Below are positions 45,991-54,877 of a DNA stretch of 64,000 nucleotides, in pieces. The first letter of the stretch is position 1. The number at the start of each line of letters is the position of its first letter. The notes beneath the pieces were generated by a model, which was not told the DNA's origin, did not search any database, and saw only the letters and a list, made by a program, of their open reading frames with translations. The stretch is from the sequence record NC_047995.1. One strand, 5' to 3'. A program made the position numbers and the translations under genes.

Positions 45991-46370
45991 CGAACAATGA
46001 GATCATCCTGACTGGTGTTTTCGCTCAACTGTACGCGCGGCTAGTGATGGCCGCTGTACAGCGCGTCCATGTGTACTACTCTGATCTCGCTCCTGTTGTG
46101 TTTGGTGTTCAGTTCACGCGTGTGGGAAAGGCGCAGTACAAGGCACTCGAATCGCTCATTGCCCAGACGATGCGCCTTGATATTGAAAACGGCAGGCCAC
46201 CGCTCGCGGCCTTATATGTGTCACGCGCAAACGACTCTAAGAAACCCACCCAGTCATTCTTCAATGAGTACACGAAGCTGACTGGGACCCATCTTACTGA
46301 CGGTGATTGGCAGACGCTCGTTGAACATGTGTGGAAACAGTATGCACCAGACTTTCGGGAGCCATCATGA
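45987..46370 (+). CDS. Putative winged-helix DNA-binding protein
   Basis: YYSDLA...L..L....D...GRPPLAALYVS...P...FF pattern typical of small wHTH proteins. Confidence 0.45.
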   Translation: MTNNEIILTGVFAQLYARLVMAAVQRVHVYYSDLAPVVFGVQFTRVGKAQYKALESLIAQTMRLDIENGRPPLAALYVSRANDSKKPTQSFFNEYTKLTGTHLTDGDWQTLVEHVWKQYAPDFREPS

Positions 46371-46828
46371 AAAAGTCAAAAGTTGTAATTAGCCGCGGAG
46401 GGTATCGTCCGTCCTCGCATGAAGAAGCACAAAAGCTGGTTGCTGAGTTTATTCTCGGCACCATCGGAGTTGACCCTACTGTTATCAGCCAGCAGATGCT
46501 GTTGAACATTGCGAACTACAATTACCTGACCTCTATTGCAGACACGGGTAAGGCAAACGTAGCGAACCAGAACGCTCTGCATAAAACTGTAAAAGAACTT
46601 AATGCGTTCTGTCGAATGCACAAGATCTCGTTGGGCTTGCTAATTATGCCCCATACATCGGCTAGTGATTATTCCGGTGACGAGGTTGTAGCGATTCCAT
46701 GGGAACATGTGCGCAAGAACCCATTAAGCCAGTCTGCTATCAACTCCCTGTTCCAAACAGTCGAAGCTGATGGCTATCCGCAGTTTGTGACTGATGCGAA
46801 AACAGTAGAGGGATACAATGTTTTATGA
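46367..46828 (+). CDS. Hypothetical protein
   Basis: GGGAG SD; ATGA overlap. Confidence 0.7.
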   Translation: MKKSKVVISRGGYRPSSHEEAQKLVAEFILGTIGVDPTVISQQMLLNIANYNYLTSIADTGKANVANQNALHKTVKELNAFCRMHKISLGLLIMPHTSASDYSGDEVVAIPWEHVRKNPLSQSAINSLFQTVEADGYPQFVTDAKTVEGYNVL

Positions 46829-48098
46829 TCACGTATTCAACCACGACGAGAAGCAATTGCTCCTGTCAGTGGCTGAGTCTAAATATCTGGTGCGTCTTGA
46901 TTGCCCCGACTATTTGAAGAAGTCAAAACACTCGATTGAAATTCGTCACACGGTAACCAATCGCGGCGAGCAACGTCGAAGCGGTGTTGTGAATACAACG
47001 TTCGTTCCGCGTATTCATACCTCAACTGTGCAGCGTCTGGTTCGTGAAATCCGCGACTCGGCGGGTGTAGCTGCTTCCACAAGTTTGGCCGCGTTGTTTG
47101 AACTCGGGCTCGGTGTGCCGAAGCAACGTGATATTGCAACGTACCTGCGTGACTACTCGCGTGAGAACGATAAGAAGGGTGTGGGCATCAAGTATATCCG
47201 CAAACTGATTAACGAGTATCATCGCAAGCACCGTCACAGTTTCGCTGGTAGTCGCTGGCTGATGCCTGCTGTCTACACGGCGAACATGCTGAACATGCAG
47301 TCCTTCATTCATCTGAAAGAAGACGGCTACAGCAAGAAGGTCAAAGTGCCTGACGGTCTGCCTGTCGTTCTGATCTACCAGAACACCAACCATGCGAAAG
47401 CAGAGTTCACCTTGTGTGACGCATTCATGATAAGCCCGCTAGGTTATCCGATGCCGTTCGCGCAGATTGCATTACGTCCTGAGTTCAAAGGCGCGCCGAA
47501 AGTATTCCATTCGAAAGCGCTGCGTGGTCAGGGTATGTATAGCATGGTGATGGGCATCATGCACTGGGAGAAAGGCGATGCGCTCTCTCACTTCCGTGAG
47601 TTGACTGCGATTGACGACGACCCGTACCTGACGTTGTTGAGTAACCCGCAGTATGCTGATCGTCGTTCGCCTGAATATCAAGCGTTGCTGGACAAACGTG
47701 CTGAGTATGCGGAACAGCGTCAGGAGCATAACGAAGTGATTGCTAAGTATGGCAACACTACGCGGGCCCTCAAGCCTTCTCAAGTGGAGCGCTTGGAGAA
47801 AGCTGAGGAGTTCTTCAAAGAACGCAAATCGTTTATGGACGACTTTGATAAGTTCGAGAAGAAAGAGAACCACCACGCGGCTAAGAAGTTCTCTGTAGCC
47901 AGTGCGCAGTTCGCGGCCGTTGATTGTGGAACCATCGCTGACCGTTCAACGTATATGTCTGTTGCGTCCGGCCTCGACAAGGTAAACAAGATTCTCACTA
48001 AGTGGGGATTTACCACAGTCGATACTGTTAATAGTAGTTTGAAGAAGTCTATCCTTACATTCGACCCAACAAACGCAACACGCGTATGGTCACTGTAA
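46818..48098 (+). CDS. Hypothetical basic protein with coiled-coil segment
   Basis: GAGGG SD; 426 aa. Confidence 0.8.
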   Translation: MFYDHVFNHDEKQLLLSVAESKYLVRLDCPDYLKKSKHSIEIRHTVTNRGEQRRSGVVNTTFVPRIHTSTVQRLVREIRDSAGVAASTSLAALFELGLGVPKQRDIATYLRDYSRENDKKGVGIKYIRKLINEYHRKHRHSFAGSRWLMPAVYTANMLNMQSFIHLKEDGYSKKVKVPDGLPVVLIYQNTNHAKAEFTLCDAFMISPLGYPMPFAQIALRPEFKGAPKVFHSKALRGQGMYSMVMGIMHWEKGDALSHFRELTAIDDDPYLTLLSNPQYADRRSPEYQALLDKRAEYAEQRQEHNEVIAKYGNTTRALKPSQVERLEKAEEFFKERKSFMDDFDKFEKKENHHAAKKFSVASAQFAAVDCGTIADRSTYMSVASGLDKVNKILTKWGFTTVDTVNSSLKKSILTFDPTNATRVWSL

Positions 48099-48124
48099 AC
48101 ACCGTATCTGAGGAGATAACGCAA

Positions 48125-51082
48125 ATGTCTAACAACAATAATCTGGGCGCTGCCGCAACATTCGGTGCTGAAACGCAGAAGATGTTGACCGATCAGCAAC
48201 GTCGTTCGCAGTCTGCCGAAAGCGGCCACGTAAACAAATGCACCATCGTTGTGCTGACCTCGCTGAACGCACACAATCGTTTCTCGTATCTGTCCGCTGA
48301 CGAGCAATTGATTGAACGTCCGATCGAAGGCAAAGTGATGGACCGTTTGCCGAAGCTGATTGAACGCGCCTCTGGTGCTTCCACTGATCCGAACAGCGCG
48401 TATCACATTCTGCATCCAAACAACGGCGTGCCTACTCGTATCGACGAGCGCATCAAAGTAGGCGAAGGTGATTCGGTCATCGTTTCATATACTGTAAACA
48501 AAGCAGTGTCAGAGATGTATGGCAGTTTATCGCTCGCTCTGTTTAGTGCTGGTGATGGTGATCTCGCTGACCTGGCGGCTGAGTTTGGTATTCACTCCAT
48601 CTCAATCGTTGAAGAAGCGAAAGCTCCTGATTACATCAAAGCCCTCACCGATCAGGTGGAAGCTCTGAATATTGTAAATCTCACTAGCATTGATGAAGCT
48701 GACGGCGCATTCGAAAAACCTGTCATCGACTACAGCGCTCTGCCTGGCAATCCAACTAACGTGTTGTCTGGCGCTGTTCGTACTTTCATTATGCAAACTA
48801 TCAGCGGCGAAGTCTTCGCTGCAATTCCAAATAACGGAGAACTGAACGTGAAACCAACTAACACCCCGACCCCTGTTACTCTGGACGAAGACTTCGACGC
48901 CGAAGACGAAGTGCTTGATCAGAACGGCGGCGAAGGCGAAGACGACGAAGAAGCGACAGGCACCGACCTGTTCGGCTATAAAGCCGAAGCGCTCACCGTC
49001 GAGCAAATGACAGAAGCGCTCGAAGCTCTGTCCTACGATGTTAGCGCGATGGACGAAGACGGCATCCGCGAATCGTTTGAAACTGAACAGCAGATCTGGC
49101 TGGCCAACAACGACAACGCCGAAGATGGCGAAGAAGAGGACGAAGAAGAAGACGGCGAGTTCGACGCTGCTCTGTATCTTGGCCACCTGCTGGCTGCCGA
49201 CGAACTTGATCGTACGGCTCTGAAAGTTCTGGTGCGTACTCAAGACCTCAAAGTGATGAAGTCTGATACCGAAGAAACGCTGACTGCGAAACTGCTGGAA
49301 CTGGTTGAAGGTGCGACCGAGCAGGAAATGGCTGAACTGATCAACACCTTCGTAGGCGCGCTGCAAGAGCGTGAGATCGATTGTCCTAACCTGCTGGCTG
49401 CTCTGTCGTCTGATGGAGACGAAGAAGAACAGGACGACGAAGAAGAAGAAGAAGATGAAGACGATTCTGAGGAAGAAGAATCCGAAGATGAAGACGAATC
49501 TGATGCCGACGAAACGCAAGCGCAGATCGACGCCGTTACCGATCCTCTGGACTACTTCCAGTTCGCTGGTGGTTCTCTGACTGCTGAACAACGTGCTGCT
49601 GCCGTTGAAGCGATGGGCGAAGATGTTACTGGCCTGAACATCGTGCAGGTAATGAAAGCGTTCTCTCGCATTCAGAGCCAGACCTCTGAGTTCGATGCCG
49701 AAGCGCAGGACGAAGCTGAGTCCGAAGGCAATACCGAAGAGCTGGTCGCGCTGCTGTCTCAGTACGATGACGCTACCGTGCAGCACATCGCAGAAAGCCT
49801 GGGCGTTAACGTTGACGAATGCGAAACCGCAGACGAAATGATCGACGCGATTGTTAACGGCGGCACCGAAGATCAGTTCGCTGCTGTTGAAGAAATCGCA
49901 ACCAACTACGGTGTTGACCTGTCCGAAGTTGCTGACGGTGATGATCTGGACTTCGTTGATGCGCTGCTGGCTGTACTGCCTGCGTTCCTGAACGACGACG
50001 AAGTTGCCGAGCAGGACGAAGACGAAGAAGACGCGGAAGAAGCTGACGAAGCCGAAGCTGACGTTGCTACTGAAAACGATAGCCTGCGTTTCGTTAAAAA
50101 CGTTGACACCAAAAACTCTGTCGGCCCGATGCTGTCTGTCGAAATGGATCAGGCACTGGTAATCAACTTCACTCTGACTGACGGCGATACCTACCGCGAC
50201 GTTGAATCTGAGCTGGCTGATGTTAACGGCTTTAACTACCGCTTCCCGTTCAATCTGGGCCGCGCGGACAAAGCACCTGGTGCTATGCTCCTGCCAGTGC
50301 AGTCTCTGATGGAAATCGTTGAGCGCGTGAACACCACTCGCTTCCTCGCAGATCCTAAAACGTTCAACGTGGCCGCGTGGGCAGAAAGCCTTGAAGCTAC
50401 TCTGAGCGAAGAAATCGCAAGCGCTCTGTATGCAGGTCGTATCGAAGACGGTCTGGACCCGAGCGAAGCAGGTATCGTTGTTGGTGACTTCATCGACGAC
50501 GAAGAACTGGAAGAAGCGCAAGCGCTGGGCCACATCGACCCTGAGCAATTCGCTGAACTGTCTGGTGATCATCTGCCGATTGCAAGCCTGTACAACGCTC
50601 GCTCTCGCGTTCGTCCTGTGCAAGTTGATACCGCACACGTTGCGCTGCACACCACCGTAATGAACATCGCTGTCCCAGGCTTCTGGGGTGATGCACCTGT
50701 TCAGCGTATGGTGCAGGCCGCAGTCAACCGCGTTATCGCTCTGTCTGAAACTGTCGAAGGCGTTAAGGTATACGCTGCGTTCACGATGGAATCTGCGGCA
50801 TTGCTGAACAATGATCGTCTGTTCGAAGCACTGTCCACTCTGCGTGAAATCGAAGGCGCCCAGTCCTACTCTGCTGTAGACGCTGCGAACTTCGATGAAG
50901 CCGAAGACGTGATTGAAGTTGCAAGCGCTCTCGATACGCGTGACCTGCCGCTGTCTATCCTGTCTGGTGGTCTGGCTGCCGCAACGTTCGACAACGGTGG
51001 TGACCTGACTGTCCTGGTGCCGTGCTTCTCTACCGAAGAAGAAGATGAATCGGAAGATGAAGACGAAGGCGACGACGAATAA
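48125..51082 (+). CDS. Very large, highly acidic protein with about four Rho-N/HeH-like modules between D/E linkers
   Basis: GAGGAG SD before ATG 48125; modules such as LTVEQMTEALEAL..MDEDGIRE and YDDATVQHIAESLGV..ETADEMIDAI. Confidence 0.9.
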   Translation: MSNNNNLGAAATFGAETQKMLTDQQRRSQSAESGHVNKCTIVVLTSLNAHNRFSYLSADEQLIERPIEGKVMDRLPKLIERASGASTDPNSAYHILHPNNGVPTRIDERIKVGEGDSVIVSYTVNKAVSEMYGSLSLALFSAGDGDLADLAAEFGIHSISIVEEAKAPDYIKALTDQVEALNIVNLTSIDEADGAFEKPVIDYSALPGNPTNVLSGAVRTFIMQTISGEVFAAIPNNGELNVKPTNTPTPVTLDEDFDAEDEVLDQNGGEGEDDEEATGTDLFGYKAEALTVEQMTEALEALSYDVSAMDEDGIRESFETEQQIWLANNDNAEDGEEEDEEEDGEFDAALYLGHLLAADELDRTALKVLVRTQDLKVMKSDTEETLTAKLLELVEGATEQEMAELINTFVGALQEREIDCPNLLAALSSDGDEEEQDDEEEEEDEDDSEEEESEDEDESDADETQAQIDAVTDPLDYFQFAGGSLTAEQRAAAVEAMGEDVTGLNIVQVMKAFSRIQSQTSEFDAEAQDEAESEGNTEELVALLSQYDDATVQHIAESLGVNVDECETADEMIDAIVNGGTEDQFAAVEEIATNYGVDLSEVADGDDLDFVDALLAVLPAFLNDDEVAEQDEDEEDAEEADEAEADVATENDSLRFVKNVDTKNSVGPMLSVEMDQALVINFTLTDGDTYRDVESELADVNGFNYRFPFNLGRADKAPGAMLLPVQSLMEIVERVNTTRFLADPKTFNVAAWAESLEATLSEEIASALYAGRIEDGLDPSEAGIVVGDFIDDEELEEAQALGHIDPEQFAELSGDHLPIASLYNARSRVRPVQVDTAHVALHTTVMNIAVPGFWGDAPVQRMVQAAVNRVIALSETVEGVKVYAAFTMESAALLNNDRLFEALSTLREIEGAQSYSAVDAANFDEAEDVIEVASALDTRDLPLSILSGGLAAATFDNGGDLTVLVPCFSTEEEDESEDEDEGDDE

Positions 51083-51098
51083 TAATATCGTCTGAAAC

Positions 51099-51128
51099 AA
51101 GTGGCTCGAAAGGGCCACTTACTTTTTT
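51099..51128 (+). terminator. Rho-independent terminator
   Basis: aagtggc-tcGAAAgg-gccactt followed by acttttt. Confidence 0.8.
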
Positions 51129-51142
51129 GGGGATCTGTAAAC

Positions 51143-51964
51143 ATGACTCAAGAAGTAGACCACGGAGCAAACATCATTAAGATGGTTGGTGACCGTGATG
51201 ATAAAATCCGCGAACTGACTGCCAACCTGTCAGAAACTTCTGGTCGCAAAGAAGACCTTGACGCTGAACTGCGTGAACTGTCGCTTGACCATCTGGCACT
51301 CAAAATCAAGATGCGTAGCCGCGAACGTGAACACGCCGCAGAGATTGAACTGCGCGATGAACGCATCCGCGAAGTTGTTGGTTTCTGCAACGAGCAAACA
51401 GTCGAAGTAAAGAACATTCGAACTGAACTCGAATCTGTAAAACAAAAGAGTGAACCGGCTGCTGCCCTGCCATTCGTTCTGCAATTGATAATGTCTGCTG
51501 GTGTCGCACACTACCATGCGATTATCGCACAATGCGCCACCGCTACTGTTAACCGCGCAACAAATAAAGTTGCCCGCGAACTGCGTGAAATTTATGATAA
51601 CGATAATGTAGTGAAGCATCCTTCGCTTTATCGTGTCGCTGTACGACTGTGTACTCAGCTCGGCGTTTCGCCTCCATCTCGCACTGACATGTTGGCGGAT
51701 CTCAAAGAGTACGTGGTTCAGAACCTTGACCTGTACCTGAAAGACCCGCAGTACGCTGCGTCTGAATCTGCACTGCGCCAGATTATCGCTGCGAAAAATA
51801 ATGCCGCACATTATGGCGCTTACGGCCGTGGTGTGTATCAGATGTTCGACTGGCTTCCAGCACTGACTGCTGACCTGGACGACATTGAAGATGACTACAA
51901 CGATTTGGTGGAACAATCTGTCTATCAAGTCTGTCGTAATCTGATTAACGATAGCTTTTCATAA
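51143..51964 (+). CDS. Coiled-coil hypothetical protein
   Basis: Heptad-rich N-half; TCTGTAAAC motif abuts the ATG. Confidence 0.8.
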   Translation: MTQEVDHGANIIKMVGDRDDKIRELTANLSETSGRKEDLDAELRELSLDHLALKIKMRSREREHAAEIELRDERIREVVGFCNEQTVEVKNIRTELESVKQKSEPAAALPFVLQLIMSAGVAHYHAIIAQCATATVNRATNKVARELREIYDNDNVVKHPSLYRVAVRLCTQLGVSPPSRTDMLADLKEYVVQNLDLYLKDPQYAASESALRQIIAAKNNAAHYGAYGRGVYQMFDWLPALTADLDDIEDDYNDLVEQSVYQVCRNLINDSFS

Positions 51965-51984
51965 TCTGTAAAAGTTACCTGTAA

Positions 51985-52006
51985 TCGAAACTGTAAACAC
52001 TAATTG
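51985..52006 (+). promoter_or_regulatory. Class B motif (tcgaaa[t]CTGTAAACa[c/t]taa), candidate late promoter
   Basis: Three near-identical copies at about 51985, 52627 and 52684, all intergenic upstream of strongly biased genes. Confidence 0.55.
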
Positions 52007-52057
52007 AAGTTCGAACCGAGCAACAAGCTCACACTTATAAAATCCCGGAGCATTACA

Positions 52058-52600
52058 ATGGCCAAAGCATCAAAGACTTCCCTGGTTCCTACCCTGGTTT
52101 CTCGCATCGCTAAGAAATCTGGTTCTATCGGTACTTCCAAAGTTAAGCCATCTGAACTGCCGCACGATATCCTGATCGAAACGGTACAGGCTGTTGAGCT
52201 GATTGGTTTTATCACCGACCGCACTGAAAACAGCGTTACCATTCGTCACAAACGTGGTCACGGTTCTTCTGCGCAAGTTGTTTCTACCTTCGGTCCGAAC
52301 CAAATCCTGTCTGTGCTGGGTGAAGCTGGTGGTCACGGTAGCGTAACCGCTCTGATCAACGCGCCGGTCCGTGAGTACAAAGGCTTCAACGTTAAATACA
52401 AAGGCGCGACCATCGTTGCTACCTCTGTTGAGACTGGCGAAGTAGTTGAAGTGAACACCGCACTGCCTGGCTTTACCGTTCGCGCGACCGTGAACGAAAC
52501 TGCTGCTGCTAAAAAGTACGGCACGCCTGCTCCAACCAAAGCTAAAAAGCTGGACAAAGGCGACAAAGCTGGTAAAGTGGTCAAGAAAGTAAAAAAGTAA
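52058..52600 (+). CDS. Beta-rich protein with Lys-rich termini (possible Sm/SH3-like barrel)
   Basis: GGAG SD before ATG 52058; very strong codon bias. Confidence 0.8.
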   Translation: MAKASKTSLVPTLVSRIAKKSGSIGTSKVKPSELPHDILIETVQAVELIGFITDRTENSVTIRHKRGHGSSAQVVSTFGPNQILSVLGEAGGHGSVTALINAPVREYKGFNVKYKGATIVATSVETGEVVEVNTALPGFTVRATVNETAAAKKYGTPAPTKAKKLDKGDKAGKVVKKVKK

Positions 52601-52626
52601 TTAAGTCTGACGAAGACTTTTAACTT

Positions 52627-52707
52627 TCGAAATCTGTAAACATTAAGTATGCAGCGAGATAAAAATGTTTCGCTGCCTGTCTCTCGAAATCTGTAAACAT
52701 TAATTGA
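52627..52707 (+). repeat. Tandem class B motifs (tcgaaatctgtaaacattaa x2) flanking a hairpin
   Basis: 20-bp direct repeat; gcagcga..tcgctgc hairpin between the copies. Confidence 0.85.
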
Positions 52708-52744
52708 AGCAACATCGCTTCTAATCAAACAGGAAATAAATATC

Positions 52745-53548
52745 ATGGCAAAAGCTAAAGCAACCGCAAATACCGCAGCAATCGTTCTGGCCAAAATGCT
52801 GGGCGTCGTAGTCGAAAACGCCAGCGCCGCTGATATCGCAGCGATTCTGAAAGAAGCCGGTCTGACTGTTGTTGGCGGTAAAGTTGTTAAAGCTGAAAAA
52901 GGCGGTAAAGCTGCTAAAGGCAAAAAGGCCAAAGCACCTACCGTTGCTGAAATCGTCGCTGCTGTTAAGGACGAAGAAGAACTGGACATCTCCGGCGTTG
53001 ACGAAGACACCCTGCGCGAAGCAGTAGTCAAAGCCAAGCTGTCTACTGCCAAGAAGGCTAAAGCGCTGGACGAAGACGACCTGCGCGAACTGCTGGAAGA
53101 AAAACTGGGTGGCGAGTCCGACGAGGACGACGAAGAAGAGGACGAGGACGAGGAAGACGACTCGGACGACGAAGATGAAGACGGCGACGACGAAGACGAA
53201 GACGACGACTCGGATGATGAAGACGAAGACGACGACTCGGATGATGAAGACGAGGACGACGAAGACGACGAAGACGGCGACGATGAAGAAGAAGAGGACG
53301 ATGAAGACGAAGATGAGGACGAAGATGATGAAGATGATCTCGACCTCGACTCTCTCGACAAGAAAGAGCTGTTAGCCCTGGTCCTCGAACACAAGCTGGC
53401 TCCGGCCAAGAAGGCTAAGAAAATGGACGAAGATGAACTGCGCGAACTCTGCGAAGAACACTTCGGCGGTGAAGACGACGAAGACGAAGATGAAGACGAA
53501 GACGACGAAGACTTCGACGATGAAGACGAAGACGAAGACGACGAATAA
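52745..53548 (+). CDS. Extremely acidic protein with two HeH-like modules and long D/E tracts
   Basis: Modules at 52988-53104 and 53345-53461; near-pure D/E tracts between and after them. Confidence 0.9.
   Translation: MAKAKATANTAAIVLAKMLGVVVENASAADIAAILKEAGLTVVGGKVVKAEKGGKAAKGKKAKAPTVAEIVAAVKDEEELDISGVDEDTLREAVVKAKLSTAKKAKALDEDDLRELLEEKLGGESDEDDEEEDEDEEDDSDDEDEDGDDEDEDDDSDDEDEDDDSDDEDEDDEDDEDGDDEEEEDDEDEDEDEDDEDDLDLDSLDKKELLALVLEHKLAPAKKAKKMDEDELRELCEEHFGGEDDEDEDEDEDDEDFDDEDEDEDDE
53201..53254 (+). repeat. 27-nt tandem repeat encoding DDDSDDEDE x2
   Basis: gacgacgactcggatgatgaagacga(a/g) twice. Confidence 0.85.
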
Positions 53549-53766
53549 GTCCTGATCTGACGTAGGCGCGCCCCTCTAGTTCTGACGAATGAGCGAGGGG
53601 CAAATAATCGAAAAAATATCTCGATTATTTTCGTAAAAAGTTTTAAAATTCCTGTTGTTGAATGTTGAACATAATAATGTAAGACAACAGGAACACAAAC
53701 CTGAACAAATTTATCTTTTCATCCAGCGGTGAAAACGCCGCATCAAATATAAAGTAAGGAAATATC

Positions 53767-54285
53767 ATGTCTAAGAAAGCAATCAGCGGCCTGAACAAAG
53801 AAATCCGCGCAATCGAAAAATCTGAAAAAGCTCTGGCCAAAACCGCTGGCGAGATCACTAAGCAAGCTGAAAGCCTGTCCGAGCGTCGTGCTGGTCTGGC
53901 CGCTCAGGTTGAAGCTCTGCAAAACGACGGCGCCGCGCCTGCTGCAAAACCTGCTAAAGCTGCTAAGCCGGCCAAAGCAGAAAAAGTGAAAGCTGAAAAG
54001 CCAGCTAAAAAAGCAAAAGCTGAAAAAGCTGAAAAGCCTGCTAAAGCTAAAAAAGCCAAAGCAGAGAAAGCTGAAAAGCCTGCTAAAGCTGACAAAAAAG
54101 CGAAAGCCGCCAAAGCAGAAAAACCTGCTAAGGCAGAAAAAGCCGGTAAGAAAGCGAAAGCTGACAAATCCGCTAAGCCTGCTAAAGCAGAAAAAGCTGG
54201 CAAAAAAGTGAAAGGCGATAAGCCTGCTAAAGCCGGTAAGAAAAGCAAAAAAGAAGCCGAAGACTTCGACTTCGATATGGAATAA
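53767..54285 (+). CDS. Histone H1-like / AlgP-like basic protein (KPAKA repeats)
   Basis: N-terminal coiled coil, ~100 aa of (AE)KPAKA(K) repeats, acidic tip EDFDFDME; AAGGA SD. Confidence 0.85.
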   Translation: MSKKAISGLNKEIRAIEKSEKALAKTAGEITKQAESLSERRAGLAAQVEALQNDGAAPAAKPAKAAKPAKAEKVKAEKPAKKAKAEKAEKPAKAKKAKAEKAEKPAKADKKAKAAKAEKPAKAEKAGKKAKADKSAKPAKAEKAGKKVKGDKPAKAGKKSKKEAEDFDFDME

Positions 54286-54317
54286 GCAAGCGCCGCGCAC
54301 TAGCGGTACTTGATCTG

Positions 54318-54349
54318 AAAGGGCAGCGCTGACGAGCGTTTGCCCTTTT
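54318..54349 (+). terminator. Rho-independent terminator
   Basis: aaagggca-gcgct..agcgt-tgcccttt followed by tg. Confidence 0.75.
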
Positions 54350-54382
54350 GTCATATCTAGCACAATTTTTGAGGCCATAGCC

Positions 54383-54877
54383 ATGTCAGCCGAACACCTG
54401 TTAAATGACGACCTTCCCGACGATACCCTCCCTCTTAAAGTTCCTACCCCGCAAGAGAAGCCTTCATACTTCGACCTCGTGTCGTTGCGCATTGAAGCCG
54501 CAGCCCGTCTTGCACGTTCCCTTAAAACTCTTAAAGACGCCAACGTATTCGGTGACGACAACACCGTGAACAGCGATCTCATGCTCACTAAAGCGCTGGA
54601 GGTTGCCGAGCAACACTGGGCCAGTATCTGCAACGGCGTAGTGCCTATCAAAGACTCGCATGGCAGAGAGTCAATGCGCGACAATCTTCCTGCGTGTATC
54701 GAAGCGTTTCGCATTATCGTAATGGAACACGCGCAACGCCAGGCACTGGAGCTTGAATGCCGTAACGCTATCGACCACAAAGGTGGCTTCAAGATTCTGA
54801 CGCGTACTCAACTGCTCTACATCGAACCTAAACACGTCTGCGATGGAACATGCGACCATGACTCAAAAACTGTCTGA
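54383..54877 (+). CDS. Hypothetical protein
   Basis: GAGG SD. Confidence 0.75.
   Translation: MSAEHLLNDDLPDDTLPLKVPTPQEKPSYFDLVSLRIEAAARLARSLKTLKDANVFGDDNTVNSDLMLTKALEVAEQHWASICNGVVPIKDSHGRESMRDNLPACIEAFRIIVMEHAQRQALELECRNAIDHKGGFKILTRTQLLYIEPKHVCDGTCDHDSKTV

Noticed and set aside
48602-51118. 838-aa minus-strand ORF (and similar ones at 43971-44708, 44953-45930, 58153-59280)
   Set aside because: Antisense shadows of strongly codon-biased plus-strand genes (GAA/GAC/CTG-rich codons give few reverse stops). They have no SD, their F/V/R-rich translations are implausible, and every credible gene is on +.
52333-53409. Poly-serine minus-strand ORF
   Set aside because: It is the reverse complement of GAC/GAA/GAT repeats from the D/E tract of 52745.
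53110-53548. CRISPR or satellite array in the GAC/GAA-rich stretch
   Set aside because: It is in-frame coding low-complexity sequence with no unique spacers.
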